Below are positions 38,313 through 52,472 of a DNA stretch of 64,000 nt, one piece after another (within the stretch, counting starts at the first letter, position 1; every line of letters starts with the position of its first letter). The stretch lies in the NCBI GenBank assembly GCA_038087875.1, contig JAXLNO010000230.1, positions 310,001 through 374,000 on the forward strand, in the 5' to 3' direction. Source of the DNA: Malacoraja senta. Its lineage: Eukaryota. The notes under the pieces were generated by a model. It did not search any database and was not told the origin of the DNA. It was given only the letters and a program-made list of their open reading frames with translations. A program made the position numbers and the translations under genes.

Positions 38313-40099
38313 TTGAAATGCATACAGCTTCTAAATGCATGTATTGTCATGGTATGTGTTCCTTTGAGTAGGGAAGATTGAAGGGTGATTGCGGACATGA
38401 AAAATATGAAAGGGATTTAGTAGGGTAGATACAGTATCTAGGCTACTTCGGAGAACCACAAAATATTGTCACATAGAGTGTAATGGAAATCAGCGAGTTC
38501 CTGCCTTGCGCCAAAGGTTTGCCGATATTCACACATTTGACTTCTCAAGACATTCATCAAGGCTTTGTTTGTTCAGGTTATCAAAGAATATGGAATCAAG
38601 CCTGGTAAATGGAGTTTACAAACAAATTAACATTGATTTTTTTTATATGAGTGGTTGAGCAAGCTTGTAAGTCTGACCCTACTCCTGTTCTTGATGACTA
38701 AGTAATTGGGCTTACAAATACAGATTCATGATGATAAAGTATTTGGGGGGTTATTTCTTAAGTTATCTTTTCTCAGTTTCTGTCAGCTGTCTAGGTAATC
38801 AATAAGGTGTTAAATATATTAAGTCTGATTATCAGATTTTAATTTTAACATTATTTCTGAAGGATTTTAAAATTATTGCATTCTTTATAATCCTCATTGA
38901 TTAATGTTTTAAAAATCTAAGAATTTGAATTTATTTTTAACACCTTCTGCTAATAAAGTCCTAGTCTGCCCTGCATCTCTTTATAGCTCAGGCCCTCAAG
39001 TCCTGGGAACATCCTCATAAATCTTCTCAGCACTCATTCCAGCTTAATCACATCCTTCCACTAGCAGTGTGACCTAAACTGAACACAGTACTCAAAAAGC
39101 TGCCTCACCACGTCCAGTAGCTTCATGTTGAGTCTTGGAAGCATTTTCATTAAGCAATGTATCACCTACTAAAGCAAGTCCCATTAACAGACTTGTAGCA
39201 GGAATATTTGGCAACGAATGGGGAATCAATTTGATGATCCTTTCTGTTGTACAGGACATGTAGGATTTGTTGCATACATACCAGCACCTTAACTGAAGTC
39301 AACCAGCTAGTCACAGTTTGGGAATCTAATCTGACCAACTTGCCCTGTGTTGGTAAATTATTTATGCCGTCATCGGAGGATTATTAGATTTCTTTCTTTT
39401 GTTACAAATAAAGCTTAGATGACTAAAATCGGTGCATTGTAGCATTGACTCACCAATCTGCTACTGCCCAAGGGAGTGGAGGGAGATAAGTTCACATCTG
39501 TGCTCACCATATGGTGTGTATCCAATCTGAGACTGGCAGTGAAGCGTGGATGCCAGGTAGAGGAAGGGGAGAAAATCAATGGGCAGCTGCTTCATGGTGA
39601 TATCAGACAAACTTCACATATTTTCATAAAATGTTTTTGCTTATTTTGCTGGAAATATAAATAGCAACAAAAGTTTTGACATTAGAAATGAAATGCAGTT
39701 TCGGATTCAAGAATTGCACGAGTTTTGTAAGGTCAGTCGTTTGTCAATGGAAATGAAATGTGTAATTGCTCTATTCTCCCCTGAGTTTTTGCTTCCTTAT
39801 ATCCTGCCTCCTGCATGGCACAATCAATTTCACTTCCCCTGACTTCTACATAGCCCATTGTGCATCTCCTTTGCTCAACATTAGTAGCCTAGATCCCTGC
39901 TCTTTCTGAACTTCAGGTTATTCTCTTGCAAAATGATCCTGGTTTCTTGAGCAAGTTCTTTCTCGGCCTCCCTAATTTCTTCCTCTTTAGTATAGCACTT
40001 ATTTATACCACTGGAAAGTGTCATGTATTTTTTAAATCTGAAAATAAAGGTTCTATATAAGAACGTACAAATGGCATCTAAAAGGATGTTGAGTTTACA

Positions 40100-40760
40100 G
40101 TTGTTTTGTTGGAGACTATCCAATAATATCCGAGTCGCATCTTCGCCCCCTCCTCGCGGCCTACCAACTGGATTGGCACGGCCTTTCCTGCCAAAGACCG
40201 ACCAGAGCTTCAACAGCGGCAGCACTGAATTAACATCGTGGAGCGGAGCGGACGGTGCCTTACTGGGGATCTCTTCTTGAAGCTCCGGAGTGTTGGGCCT
40301 GCTGTTTTAACATCGTAGAGCTGTGATGCGGAGCTTCCAGCCACGGGCGGCGCTGACCAACACCGCGGAGTCCTGGTGATCCCTTTGCCGAGGGCTGCCA
40401 GTGTGAATCTCCGCCCAGCACGGCCTGTGGACTTCGGGAGCCGCGGTCTCCGGTAGGAAGTGGCCGATTCGGAACTCCAAGCCGCTGAGAGTGTTCTCCG
40501 TTCCGACGTCGGAGTTCTGATCATCCCGGCGAGAGGGCCTGAACATCGGGGCCCCCGACCATGGGTGAACAAGGAAGAAGATGGCTGGACTTTATTGCCT
40601 TCACTCAGTGGGAAACGTTGATTCTACTGTGTGGGGATGTCTATGTTAAATTCTATTGTGTGTTGTGTTCCTATTTTATTCGTATGGCTGTATGGCAACC
40701 CAAATTTTACTGTACCAATTAGTGCATGTGACAATAAATGTAAACTTGAACTTGAACTTA
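40100..40760 (+). mobile_element. GC-rich non-autonomous element with a Rex1-type 3' tail
   Basis: Ends GTGACAATAAATGTAAACTTGAACTTGAACTT; CpG-rich body resembles the 5'UTR repeats at 2740-2900. Confidence 0.6.
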
Positions 40761-43497
40761 ATAGGAGCATCCAGAAAGGTTTCTATAGTTCTCGTAGAAG
40801 CTGTGGCTACCATTTGAAACTGCACCTAAACTGACAGTTTCCCAGTTCTGGCAAATAATTTTCACCTTGAAACTTTCCAATTGTTCCTAGGCTGCAAAGT
40901 GCTTCCATAAATTTCAGTTTTTATCCCAGATTTCCAACATCTGCAGTTTTACTTGATTTGATGGCTCTTCACTGGAGAATTCAGTCACTCACATGACCCA
41001 GTACTGAAGGTGTCATTCAGTACTGAACAGATCTTGCACAACCAAAGATGTATTTATCAGCTCCACCATCGTGTTGCACGTACATTAAGTCAAGAGCCTA
41101 TGGGGGCAGGGCCGGGTGAGGGCTGATCATTGAGGAGAACAATCAATGGAAAAGAGCATTGTGGTTATCTGGGTGTAGGAGATAGGTCCATTTGACATTT
41201 GACCAGAGTCAGGAATAGGATCAGCAAAAGAGTGTGGCTGGGTGGTTGCAGGATTGGCTTGTGGTCTGACTGCTGGTGGCCATGGAATGTTGGATCAGCA
41301 GGTGGTGATGGGACTGTGAGGAGGATCAGATTGGTCTGAGGAGAACTGTACATGAAGGAAATTGGCATCTCTGGAATTATTAGGTCAGTGCGGGATTCAA
41401 GGATGATAAGCACGTATTGAATACACTGATTGATGGAAAAAGGCATGGTGTTGGAGGTGAAGCTTGCTCCTTGTGTAATGGTGTGGGTGGCCTGAAGGGA
41501 ACCAACATTATTTAAAGACAAGCCCAACTGAGATTGATTCCCATCATCAGACAGGCACTTGCTCAGGCAGATCCCCTTTAAATATTGCTGAAGCAGGCTT
41601 TGGGTCTTGTGAAGTTCATTAGATATAGAAGCAGAATTAGGCCATTCAACCCATTGAGCCTACTCCGCCATTCAATCATGGCTGAAACCTAACAAAAGCA
41701 TGTTCTTTCATAAGTATACGACAGACATCACAGCCATGTAAATGCAGTTTAATATCTAGGAAATAGTATCTAGGCATACACGGCGCACTATTGCAAAACC
41801 AGGCTTTTCATTATGATAACGATTTATAAGCATATAGTAGCAGAAAGGAACGTATGGACTTCGTCCAACTTGCAGTAACCCCAGATTTTCCAGTTCATTT
41901 CATTTCCTCATTGAAAGTGAATCGTACAGAGACATGGCACTGCAACAATCCATTTTCTAGGCTATAGTGAGTTCATTTCCCTGGTCTCCAAACTTCATTT
42001 CATGCCAAGTGCAGCAATTAATTCATTTTAATCTATGTGTGACTACAAATGGGCAATGTTGACATGTTTCAATGTATAATGAAAATTTAAGAGCTCTACT
42101 CTTCCATACAATTATCAGTAAATTAAACATGGCAAATTACTTGGCAGAATGTCGAACGTATAATTAGCAATAAAAATTAAGATGGAGAAATTATATAACG
42201 GGTTAAGAAGATGATTTTCTCGTATTCTAGCTTTTAATCTATCCCTTCCGATTATGAAAATGCTAACTCTTGCTAATGTACCTTTCCAGGGTTGCTTCAG
42301 CCTGTTGGTCCTAGACTCTTTAATGCATTTATCAAGGTTTTGAGCATTGGCATTCTGTACATGGCTTTCATCGTGTATATTCCAACAAACAGCATTAGAT
42401 GATTGCTATACACGGACCCTGGCATCATGTTTTTGGTTTCCATCCAGTGCTACTTAAGCCATTTGTAGCAGCGCACCAGATGGTACAGTTGAGATAAGGT
42501 ATTTTTACCCATGTGCCAGGATATGTGAGTTGAGGGAGTTCCTTTATGGCCATTACCCAGGTTGATGTTCTCACCAAAGTTGACAATTGTCATAATGCAC
42601 CAAGAATTCATTGCTTCCTCACATTGCACATTGCCTGTCGATTCATCCAGCACAAGTAACAGGGAAACTAAAGATCTAGACCCTTATTCATTAGTCACTA
42701 ACGTTTTTTCTCGGCAAAGGAATATCGAGAGAATCTGAATATTTATTTTCAGCCACGGAAGATAAAGAAACGGCCTTAAAATAATTTCCAAGAAACGTTG
42801 CACAATCTTTATTTCTTTTTACAACTATGTTTTGATGTGTCAGATGTTGGCGTGATGAGGAAATAGAAACTATATCAGAAAAATTATCTCAATTTTGAAA
42901 AGAATCATAATATAATTTGTGAAGCAGTAAAATCCATTGCATTTACAAATAATCAACTACATAATTAAATGTTTTGTTCCTGTTACATAAAAGCTTTTAT
43001 TGTTTTTCTTTGATCATTAGTGATACTTTAATGAGCGATGCCCAAATGGTGGTAATCTGAAAATGTTTAATTTTCTGAGTAATATTTTGTTGAAGACTTT
43101 TGTTGAAGACAAATATCAAGGAACATTGAAACATTTCAAGAAATTCATGGATAAAAATTGTTTTTAATGCATTGTAACAAATTGTTTTAAGATTTTTGTA
43201 TCAGCATTTTTAAAATACTTTAATCTATTTTCACTGAATCTGACAAACACTCTCAATTTGTGAGATAAGCAATTTCCTTTGGCTTCATGCTTTCTGAGGT
43301 AATTTCTAATTCTAGGAGGGTGACAGAACAAATGGTATTTAATCAGGTAAACAATACAAAAGCTCTTTTATATGAACCACATCAGCATTGTTTAGTTTAG
43401 TTTTGCACCTGAAAAGTTTTGAAAACTGCTTGTTGGCATCTGTAGAAAGATTTCTTCAAAATAGTTTAAGAAATTTGTTGGAAATTTAGTCAGGTCA

Positions 43498-46400
43498 AAA
43501 ATAGTAAGATTAAACGAGAACTTACCTAAGTTTGAAGTTTGATCTTTATTTTATGAGGAGTTACGTAGGTGATTACGTGAAGAACCCCGCCAGTGCGCCT
43601 GCGCGTCAATCTTCAAAGCAGCGGTGTGAAATCACAAAAAACAACAACCGAAGTAATATAGTCTCATAATAAAACGAGTAATACAAGAACTTCCATCTGA
43701 CCTTTATGATAGAGGGTAGGGTCGTGGTGGGCACGTAATCACCTACGTAACTCCTCATAAAATAAAGATCAAACTTCAAACTTAGGTAAGTTCTCGTTTA
43801 ATCTTACTATTTTACTTCGGAGTCACGTGAGTGACTACGTGAAGATTTTAAAGCTTTGTGATTTCATGCCGTGGATCAATCCCGGCTTCTCACTGCATAG
43901 ATTGACTCGGAACGAGAATAATCAATCATGCATTCATAATAACATTTGTACCACAAATGCAGTAATTCATTTCAATAATGAAATGAATCAGATCCCCTTT
44001 AAACCAGAGGAATTTACACAGAACTTAAAATAGTTTCTGCAAACAACCCCGCATTAACAATAGGCCGATGGTAAAAATATTGAAACATCAACTCATTGGA
44101 CCACCCGGCGGCTGCGAGGATATGGTCGACGGGGACGTCTTTTGCCCTGGCCGCCGACGTTTCTGCTGCCCTAGTCGAGTGAGACGTAAAAACATAAGTG
44201 TTAATACCAGCAGCTGTTAAGACTTCTTTTATCCATCTGGAAATAGTCTGTATTGAAACTCTCTTGTGTGGTTTCTTGTGTGTGATCAACAACCCAGTTT
44301 CCGTATTCTCAAATTCTTTGTGACCTCAATGTATTGTAATAAATATGTCTTAATACAGAGACATGGATCATTTGGATATGATGCTAGCATAATTTTAAAT
44401 CCTGTCACACCTGGCCTAATTTACTTTAGTAGGTCATAGATATAGAATGTAACCTTGTCTTCAGTTACTTCCATACTGTCTATTTGTAATTTTCTAAGTG
44501 TTTGCACTCGTTGTGCTGTCACTCATGCCATAAGCATGAATACCTTCATACTGAGCTTGACCAAAGGTAAAGACACACTTGATGACCATTCACGAAGTAG
44601 TTTCAGTACCACACTTACATCCCAGATTATCACGTACCTAGGTTTCGGTGGTTTGGAATTAAAGATTCCTTTCATTAGTCTGGAAACAATTGGGTGTGAC
44701 CCAATTGAGTTTCTTTCTGAATCCAGAACCAAATATGAGGACAATGCACTTCTGGCTGAATTAATTGCACTACAACTCAGACCTTCATCATAATAAAGTT
44801 TTGACAGAAATTCTAAACATTTGAAATATCTGCAGTACTTTATTGCACATTCTTTTGTACACGGAACTCTTCCCATTTCTTAATATAAGAAAGGTACTGT
44901 TTTTGAGTGCTCTTCCTCCCGGCTGCCGTAAGCATGTCCACAGTATGCTCAGACAGTCCTCGTCCCAGAAAAGGCATTCTTAAAACCTGCAAATCAACAA
45001 ATCCAAACGATGATATTATGGATGTTGTTACCCTGTTACAGGGTGCAGCAATAAATTACTCCTTTTTGGGACTTTCATCAACATTTGTGTTGTTAATTCT
45101 AATATCAACAGGTACCATGGCTGTATAGGCCAATCTGGTACTACCAATACCCTTGAAGCAGCATCTTGCCTGATTTTAAGCAAACATTGGCTTATGAGGC
45201 AGAAAGGTGGAAATATATATGAAAACATACCACCCCAATGTAGCGAGAAAGCATCAATCGCCACTGCTCCTGGATCTGGTTTCCATGAGACATATCTCGA
45301 TAGCTGATGATTCAAGTCGACGTCGGTCATTCCAAATCTGATTACTATATCATTGAATACCTCTTGATTCAACATACATTCTTTATTATCATGGAACTTT
45401 TCGTGACCTGGTGTCTGCTATCGTGTTCATTCTACCTGGTAGATAGATAGCTGAAATCCAAATGTTCTTTTCAATACACCAAGACCCAAGTTGATTTAAC
45501 CATTTTGTCACATGACACCGACTTAATTCCACCCATATCATTAATATAGGCAACTACTGTTGTGTTTATTAATTTGAACTTGAACCTTCCTTTTAGTTGT
45601 GTTAGAACCATAAGCTTGGAGTCCATAGAAACCTCCTAAAAGCTCCAAATAGGGAATTCCCCATGTCTGCAGTAACACTAACTTTTCCTGATTCCATCTG
45701 CCTCCGCAGCTCCATGTTAAGTCAGTTGCACCTCATCCTAGTGCACTGGCATCAGTTTGTAATATCATGGAAGGTTGTTCAATCAGCACTTTGCCTGAAC
45801 TGCTTGAGACATGTAGAATCCACCACTGCAGCTTAGAAACAGCATTTGTTGTTACTTGCATGGTTCTATCAAAATGACCAGCATTTACTCTCAGTGCCTG
45901 TTCTTTAATTCTCTGCAGCTGTTGATAATGTAATGGTCCATACTGGACTGCTGGGAATCTACTAATTTTCCCAGTACTCGAGCCACCTGTCTGATTAGAG
46001 GTTTTTGCTCGTTTAACAGATTACTGCAATCTTTAATCAACTCCACCCTTTTTTCACTGGGCAAAGTAATTTGCATTTGGGCTAAATCAATTGTGAACCC
46101 CAAATAATTAATCGAGGTACATGTTTTTAACCTTGATTTCTTTGGATGAATTTAGAAACCCCCAAACTTTCAAAAGTTTGATTTTATTACTGCAACAGAT
46201 GCTTCTGTTGACTGTTTTGTCCTTCCTATAATCAGGACATCATCCAGGTATGCCATTAGTACATGCCCCTGGCTCTCAGCAACCCCAGAATTGATTTTTA
46301 TGAATATTCTGGGAGGGAACGTTAACCCTTTAGGCAGAGCTTTGAACTGCCCTAATTGGTTCATCCATGTAAATTTAAAATACTTCATATCTTGCAAGTG

Positions 46401-47305
46401 AACAGACACTGAACAAAAGGATTCAGACTTGTCAAGTCTATAATAATCCTACATCCTCCATCCTTTTTTGATCGAGGGAATATATTTGACCCAAATTGGT
46501 GAATTTTGTAGACTGATTCTTTAATAACACCTTTTATATATAGGGTTTTGAAGCGCAACTTGAACCTCCATTACTTCGCAAAGTGGAGAGTTCTGCTAGG
46601 AACATGCTGGACAGGCAAATCATAATTTGGATTGAATTCAATTCGAAATCCTTGTATATTATTCAGAATTACCACATCTGAAGTAATCTTCTTCCAATGT
46701 TTATAGAAGAGACGTAATCTGCCTCCAATTTTGGACTTAATCCAGTTAGTATGTTCCCCTGAGAACCAGGTCCACCTACCTCTTGAGTCATTTGAGTATT
46801 CTGAGATCCCTGGATTCTCCCGGAAGCACCACCACTGGTCCTTACTCCCGCTGCAGGCCGCCAGCTACGTCCCTGCGTTGATGAGCGACTTGGTCCTGGT
46901 CTAGGATCCGTATGACGTCTGAAAGGATACTTCCTCTTTACAGACTTTGCAACCATTGATGTATTTATCAATCCTGTTTTCGCTTCATCTTCCAACTCTT
47001 TAATACGTCTCCCGAGATCCTCTCCAAAGAGTAAGTTGGGTAATTGTATATTACTTGGTTTGCAGAGTGCTGCGAATTTCAGATTCATAGTAGGCCGTAT
47101 AGCACTTTCCTCAGATAATTGATCTCGAAGTGGGTGCTGCATAGCAATACAATCTGCCTCCGTAACCTCCTCTTGCAGCTCCTTAAAAGTATTCATGGCC
47201 CTCTGCATGGAACATACTCATTGGATCTGTTTTAAATTTCTCCCCTCATCATTAACCTGTACCCTCTGGATTTAGACTCTCACATCCTGGGAAAAGAGAA
47301 TCTGA
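43498..47305 (-). mobile_element. Degenerate DIRS1-like tyrosine-recombinase retrotransposon (gag, RT, RNase H, methyltransferase-like domain, recombinase, internal complementary region/terminal repeat); 5' end missing
   Basis: Gag-like LLFGEDL (46669..47208); RT FKALPKGL..PRIF..AYLDD (46170..46409); RNase H TDASALG (~45735-45762); DAFSLHW..YIFPPF..VVPDWPIQPWY (45028..45375); recombinase SAINSARSALS..PPKPRY and HSTRAA..GWS..FQYFY; perfect 82-bp inverted repeat 43498-43579/43732-43813. Confidence 0.92.
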
Positions 47306-47710
47306 CTATCTATCTATCTATATTACTAAACGTCTGATCTTGACCACTTCCTGTTGTTCTGTATATTGATTTTAGAAAAAACGCTGCCACTTACGGCTGT
47401 GATTTTTGACCATCTTAGAGTTCCCCTTCGATGCGTAGGACAAGAGGATTTTTCCCATCTATGAAAAATAAAAGAGTTATTTGTGTTTAAAAAATGTTGA
47501 GATTCTCTCTCCTGAAGGCCACGCCCCTTCCGGAGGGACTATAAAACCCGGAGGTGTTGAGTGCCCCAGTCAGTCTCTGCAAGATGGGGGAGCGAGAGGG
47601 TCACGTCATGTCTCTCAGTCTGAGCTGTGAATAACACTGAACACATGTCTACTAAACTGTGAGTAGTTTTATTGACCTGTCAGTGCCCTTAATATGGTTT
47701 GAAAATATAG

Positions 47711-48047
47711 TTTGGAAATGCTAAAGCTGTGTTGCCTTTGGTTTGGAAATTCTAAAGCTGTGTTGCCTTTGGTTTGGGAATGCTAAAGCTGTGTTGCCTT
47801 TGGTTTGGAAATGCTAAAGCTGTGTTGCCTTTCGTTTGGAAATGCTAAAGCTGTGCGCCTTTGGTTTGGAAATGCTAAAGCTGTGTTGCCTTTGGTTTGG
47901 AAATGCTAAAGCTGTGTTGTCTTTGGTTTGGAAATGCTAAAGCTGTGTTGCCTTTGGTTTGGAAAGGCTAAAGCTGTGTTGCCTTTGGTTTGGAAAGGCT
48001 AAAGGTGTGTTGCCTTTGGTTTGGAAAGGCTAAAGTTGTGTTGCCTA
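47711..48047. repeat. 31-bp minisatellite, ~11 copies
   Basis: Unit TTTGGAAATGCTAAAGCTGTGTTGCCTTTGG. Confidence 0.95.
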
Positions 48048-48106
48048 ATTAAAGTTGCCTTGCCTAATTAAAGTAGCCGTGCCTTCTATATAATTAAAAG
48101 TCTAAT

Positions 48107-48842
48107 TTTTTTTTTTTTTTTTTATTTTTTTTAATTTTACTTATTAGAAGTACATTACATTACAACCACATACATTAATACTCGTCATTTATATCTTCTT
48201 ACAATTAATGTACTCCCTTTATTTATTTTTTTACACTAGAAAAAGAAAAGATTGAAAGAAAGAAGAAAGTGAAGGAAAAAGTGCAAGTGTAGAAAAGTGT
48301 AGAAAATGTAACAACAAAAAAGGACGAAGACCCTATAAGAGCGAAATTAAAAACAAAAAGAAAAAGAGTTAAGAAATAGGCCCTAAGAAAAGAAAAGAGA
48401 AAGAGAAAAAAAGAGAAACAAATGTTTTTTTTTGAGCATCACGTAAATAGGACATACCAACTCTTCAACTATCATCCCCCCTTACCTGACCTCAATTTTT
48501 TATTTTTTTAAAGTACTTTTGCACCCTATGTTTGTAATAATTCTATAAATGCAGACCACGTCAGGTGGAAGTGATCTGGTTTACCTGCTAGGAGGAGTCT
48601 TATCTCTTCTAGGTGTAATGTTTCAAACATATTTGAAATCCACATATTTATAGTTGGTATTGGAGCCTTCTTCCAAAATTTTAGAATTAGCTTTTTTCCA
48701 GTTATTAACCCATAGTCCATTAATTTCTTTTGAAACACATTTAGTTCTGGATCATCTTCCGTTATTCCGAAGATAATCCATTCTGCTTTGGGTATCAGTC
48801 TTGTTTTAAATAACTTTGTAAAGATTTCAAAAATTTCATTCC
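48107..48842 (-). mobile_element. 5'-truncated L1 with poly(A)
   Basis: 11-bp TSD AAAAGTCTAAT (48096-48106, 48843-48853); highly similar to the 3' end of the L1 at 57025-58778. Confidence 0.92.
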
Positions 48843-51800
48843 AAAAGTCTAATCTTGACCACTTCCTGCTTGCTCTTTATATTGATTTTAGAAAAAACGC
48901 TACCACATATGGCTGTGATTTTTGGCCATCTTACTCAGAGTCCCCCTCCGCTCATCAGGTGCCGAGGATGTTTCCCATCGATTAAAATAAAAGAGTTATT
49001 AGTGTTTTAAAAATGTTGAGACTCTCTCTCCTGTCAATCACACCATGAAGGCCACGCCCCTTCTGGTGGGAGGGGGAGGGACTATAAAACCCAGAAGTGT
49101 GAGCGTGGCTCAGTCTCTGCAAGATGGAGGAGGGAGAGGTCACGACTCACTGTCTTTAGTGGCCTTGCACCCTGCTTGAAATGGTATGAAACTGCACTTG
49201 AATTTGGTGGCCTTGCACGCTGCTTGAAGTGGTAAGAAACTGCACTTGAATTTGGTGGCCTTGCACCCTGCTTGAAATGGAATTTCAAGGAATAGCCGTG
49301 AGTCAACTGCCAGCCCACCAGCCGTGAGTGAGTGAGCTGCCAGCACAACAGGCTTGAGTGACTGAGCCGCCAGCCCAAAAATCCATTCGCCCACAATGTC
49401 CATATTAGCCCTCTGGAAACCGGTCCCTTCAGCCCACAACACCCATACTAGCACTCCAGAAAGCCCCCACCCCCCCCCCCCCCCCACTGGCCACCAATAT
49501 TGGAATTGGTGGAGAGGTGGAATATTGCGTTGGGGGAGCAGCCCTCCCGTGTGATGCTGGGACCCAACGGGTCCCACTTAGTCTAGTATATCCTATATAT
49601 ATAAGATAATAGAATATATATAAAATAATTTTGATTTGGAGAGTGAATTGTATTATCCAACTATAAGCAAAATAAAATATATCAAACTCTGCCCTACATA
49701 ATTGGAAAACTCATAAATGGTCTGTTATTTACATGAATGTTACATAATTTATTGAAAAAATCCACTTTTGCTGCTTTTGTCATAAAGCAGAAACCTGTTC
49801 TACTTTTGTGGAGGACATGGCAGGACTATGTATGCTGCATTGAAAGTCATCTTGCTAACCATCATTGCAAACACTGTTTTGAGAAATGACATTGCATTAT
49901 TAACAATCGCACCTTGATTTATCAATTTTGAAATGTAAATAGAATTCACAAACACTCGGCTGTGTTGAACCTGCTAAAATAATCACATTGTAGCCTTTCA
50001 GATATCTCGCAGAGACTCGGTTCAAGACTCCAAAGACTTTACATCATGCATTGACTGCAAGTTAGGAGCACAATAGAACACTCATTTATTTGACCAGATA
50101 AGCACAACTGTAACAGCAGTCAATTAAGCAAAATAAGGTTAATTTTGTTGAGCACTCTATCCACTATATTAAATATTAAATAATCACTTTGGCACCTAAT
50201 TGTGCACAATGGCAGCATTTACTATCTGCAAAAAAATAAATAAACTGTAGCAACACCTTTAAAAACCATCTTGTAAACCCTATCCTTCTATAATCAAGGA
50301 TTAGTAGAACAATTACCACCAATTGCCTGGTACTCTTTGTATTCCACATGACATAAACATGTTTTGTAATTGCATCGTTATACTGTCAAAATCCTAGAAC
50401 TTCTGACTGAACATGGCTGCAGAAGTCTCTTCATCATATAGATTGCATTATTTCAGGAGAGCAACTTCCCAAGAGCCACTTAAGGGTCAAAATGATGGAT
50501 AAAAATGCTGGCCATACATGTGATCCCCACATCGGGTGTAGCAGAATGATACTGAGACTTGAAAGGTTAACTTTGTGAACGAGGATGTAGAAATTTGGCT
50601 TAAACATGTGGAGTTGATAAATTGCATTATTATAGAGATTCAATGAAAATGAAACTACAATCAGTTGCAGTACCTGATGCACAATGTGGATTCCTGCTCC
50701 ATCATGATCAAGGAACAGCAGTAAAGAAAGATCAACAAAGTCTCATAATATGTTTTAGGGAAGGTCAGATGGATAATCTCTAACATTTCAGAGAACCACA
50801 ATACCCTGCCATTTTCATTCTGATTGAACTCTATAACTGACTTGCTCCTGGAAGCCATTGGCAGAGTCTCAGCTTTCTCTAGTTTTCCGATAGTTTAAAT
50901 CTTGGTGACTCCATTCATTTCAGGGACATGAACAGATTCAAGGGAAACAATTAAATTTCAAGTTATTCACACTTTTTGAGTTAACTGAAATGTACATAAT
51001 TGATTTGAAGTTTTTTGCTTTTTTAAAATTGTTCTAAAACTATAAAACATTTAATATTCTACTGTTATTCATTTTAATTCTTTTGAATGCTTGTCATTCA
51101 CAGATGTTAAGAATTGACAGTTTTGATAGCTGCAAAGCCTGGGGAGATGACTTAACTAGCTGTCAAAGTGTTTCTGGGGATGGTGTATGCTATATTTGGC
51201 AGGAAAGCCCTATATTCTATAGTGCTTTATCAATCAAAAGTAGACAATTTTGAGCAGCATTTTCCCACTGGCTTTAAAACAAGGTTGTATTCATCAACAT
51301 ACTGAAAATGTTTAACCCGCTTAACTCTTCCATATTAAAAATATAATGTTCTGATTTGATGGTGAGAGCAACAATTACACTGACGTAATTCTGTGTGTTT
51401 GGCATTGAGGACTTTTGAGGGAGGGAATCCTTTTTATCTGAGGTCTGCTCTAGTGCAAACTCTTTATTCCATTTTCTGAGCAATGTGTCCCTGTCTATCA
51501 GAATCATCAGTTGCCAAGGGAGTTGCAGTGAGTAATGTTTCAGCTTCTGAATAATGCAAGTATTAATAGATTCTGAAGAGTATAGATTGAAGATTCAAGA
51601 TGTTTTCATGAGCTTCCAAGAGTTTGTTTTTATGAAATACAAAAAGAAATGTTGAACTGTGTGAATGGATGGTGATCACAGTTTTGACTTCAGGGAATGG
51701 GCACTGATGCAAAAAACTCCATTGAGAGGTTTAATGGATATTACACGTGTTTCATCATCATAACAGTCATGAAGTATGGGCCATTATGGTTTTACAGATT

Positions 51801-52472
51801 TAATTATCATTGAAGCTAAAGTATTTTTTTTACCTCAATTAAAGTGCACATCTTTTGAACAGTGATGTAAATCAGTATATTGGTAAATTGACTATCTTCT
51901 CTGTCTAGGTTTTAAATTTGTTCCTGTGTCATTATAATTCTGATTTATCTGTCTTCCGTTTAGCTAAATGTGTTTTGTATAAATAGCTTCATTATGGTAT
52001 TGTAAGAAATTATAAAATATTCTTGTGGAGTTCAATTTTGCAGTGATTGACGAAGCTTAACTAAGCACCAGTCTAGAAAAGAAAATTGGAAAGAATATTA
52101 TGTCTTCCTTTCTGTTGCTCATTCTCCCTTCTAAATCTTTTCATTCTGTGCACCTAGTTCTTGGTCAATGCACCAGTGAAGTCATTGAAAATATGTCTCA
52201 TTCTAAGTTTACAGAAGGTACAACCACGAGTTACAAGGGTGAGGATTATACCTGTCAGGGGTCAATTCACAAGTGGTTACAGCTGTCTGGAAGAGAATCT
52301 TTGATCTGATTTATCTTTGGTGTTTACAGGGATGAAGGCCAATGATTGACAGATGCTATTTTGGCCTTCATACTCATCCTTCGTGCGAGAAAAAATGTGA
52401 AGGATAGGTCAAATTTATTGGCTAGGTCAGGCACTGCCAAGGGATATACCTTCTAAATACTTGAGTATATAC

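Larger units (their letters stand above)
47317..49586 (+). mobile_element. Composite non-autonomous Helitron: two 5' ends (47317, 48085), one 3' end
   Basis: A|TCTATATTACTAAA and TCTATATAATTAAAAGTCTAATCTTGACC starts; hairpin 49558-49576 then CTAG|T. Confidence 0.85.

Noticed and set aside
39881..40100. Charged helical-looking peptide KEEEIREAEKELAQETRIILQENN (minus)
   Set aside because: No family recognised and no convincing splice sites; the ORF start lies in a TE
44014..45375. Phage integrase plus DNA methyltransferase suggesting prokaryotic or viral DNA
   Set aside because: Domain order with RT/RNase H and the terminal inverted structure identifies a DIRS retrotransposon
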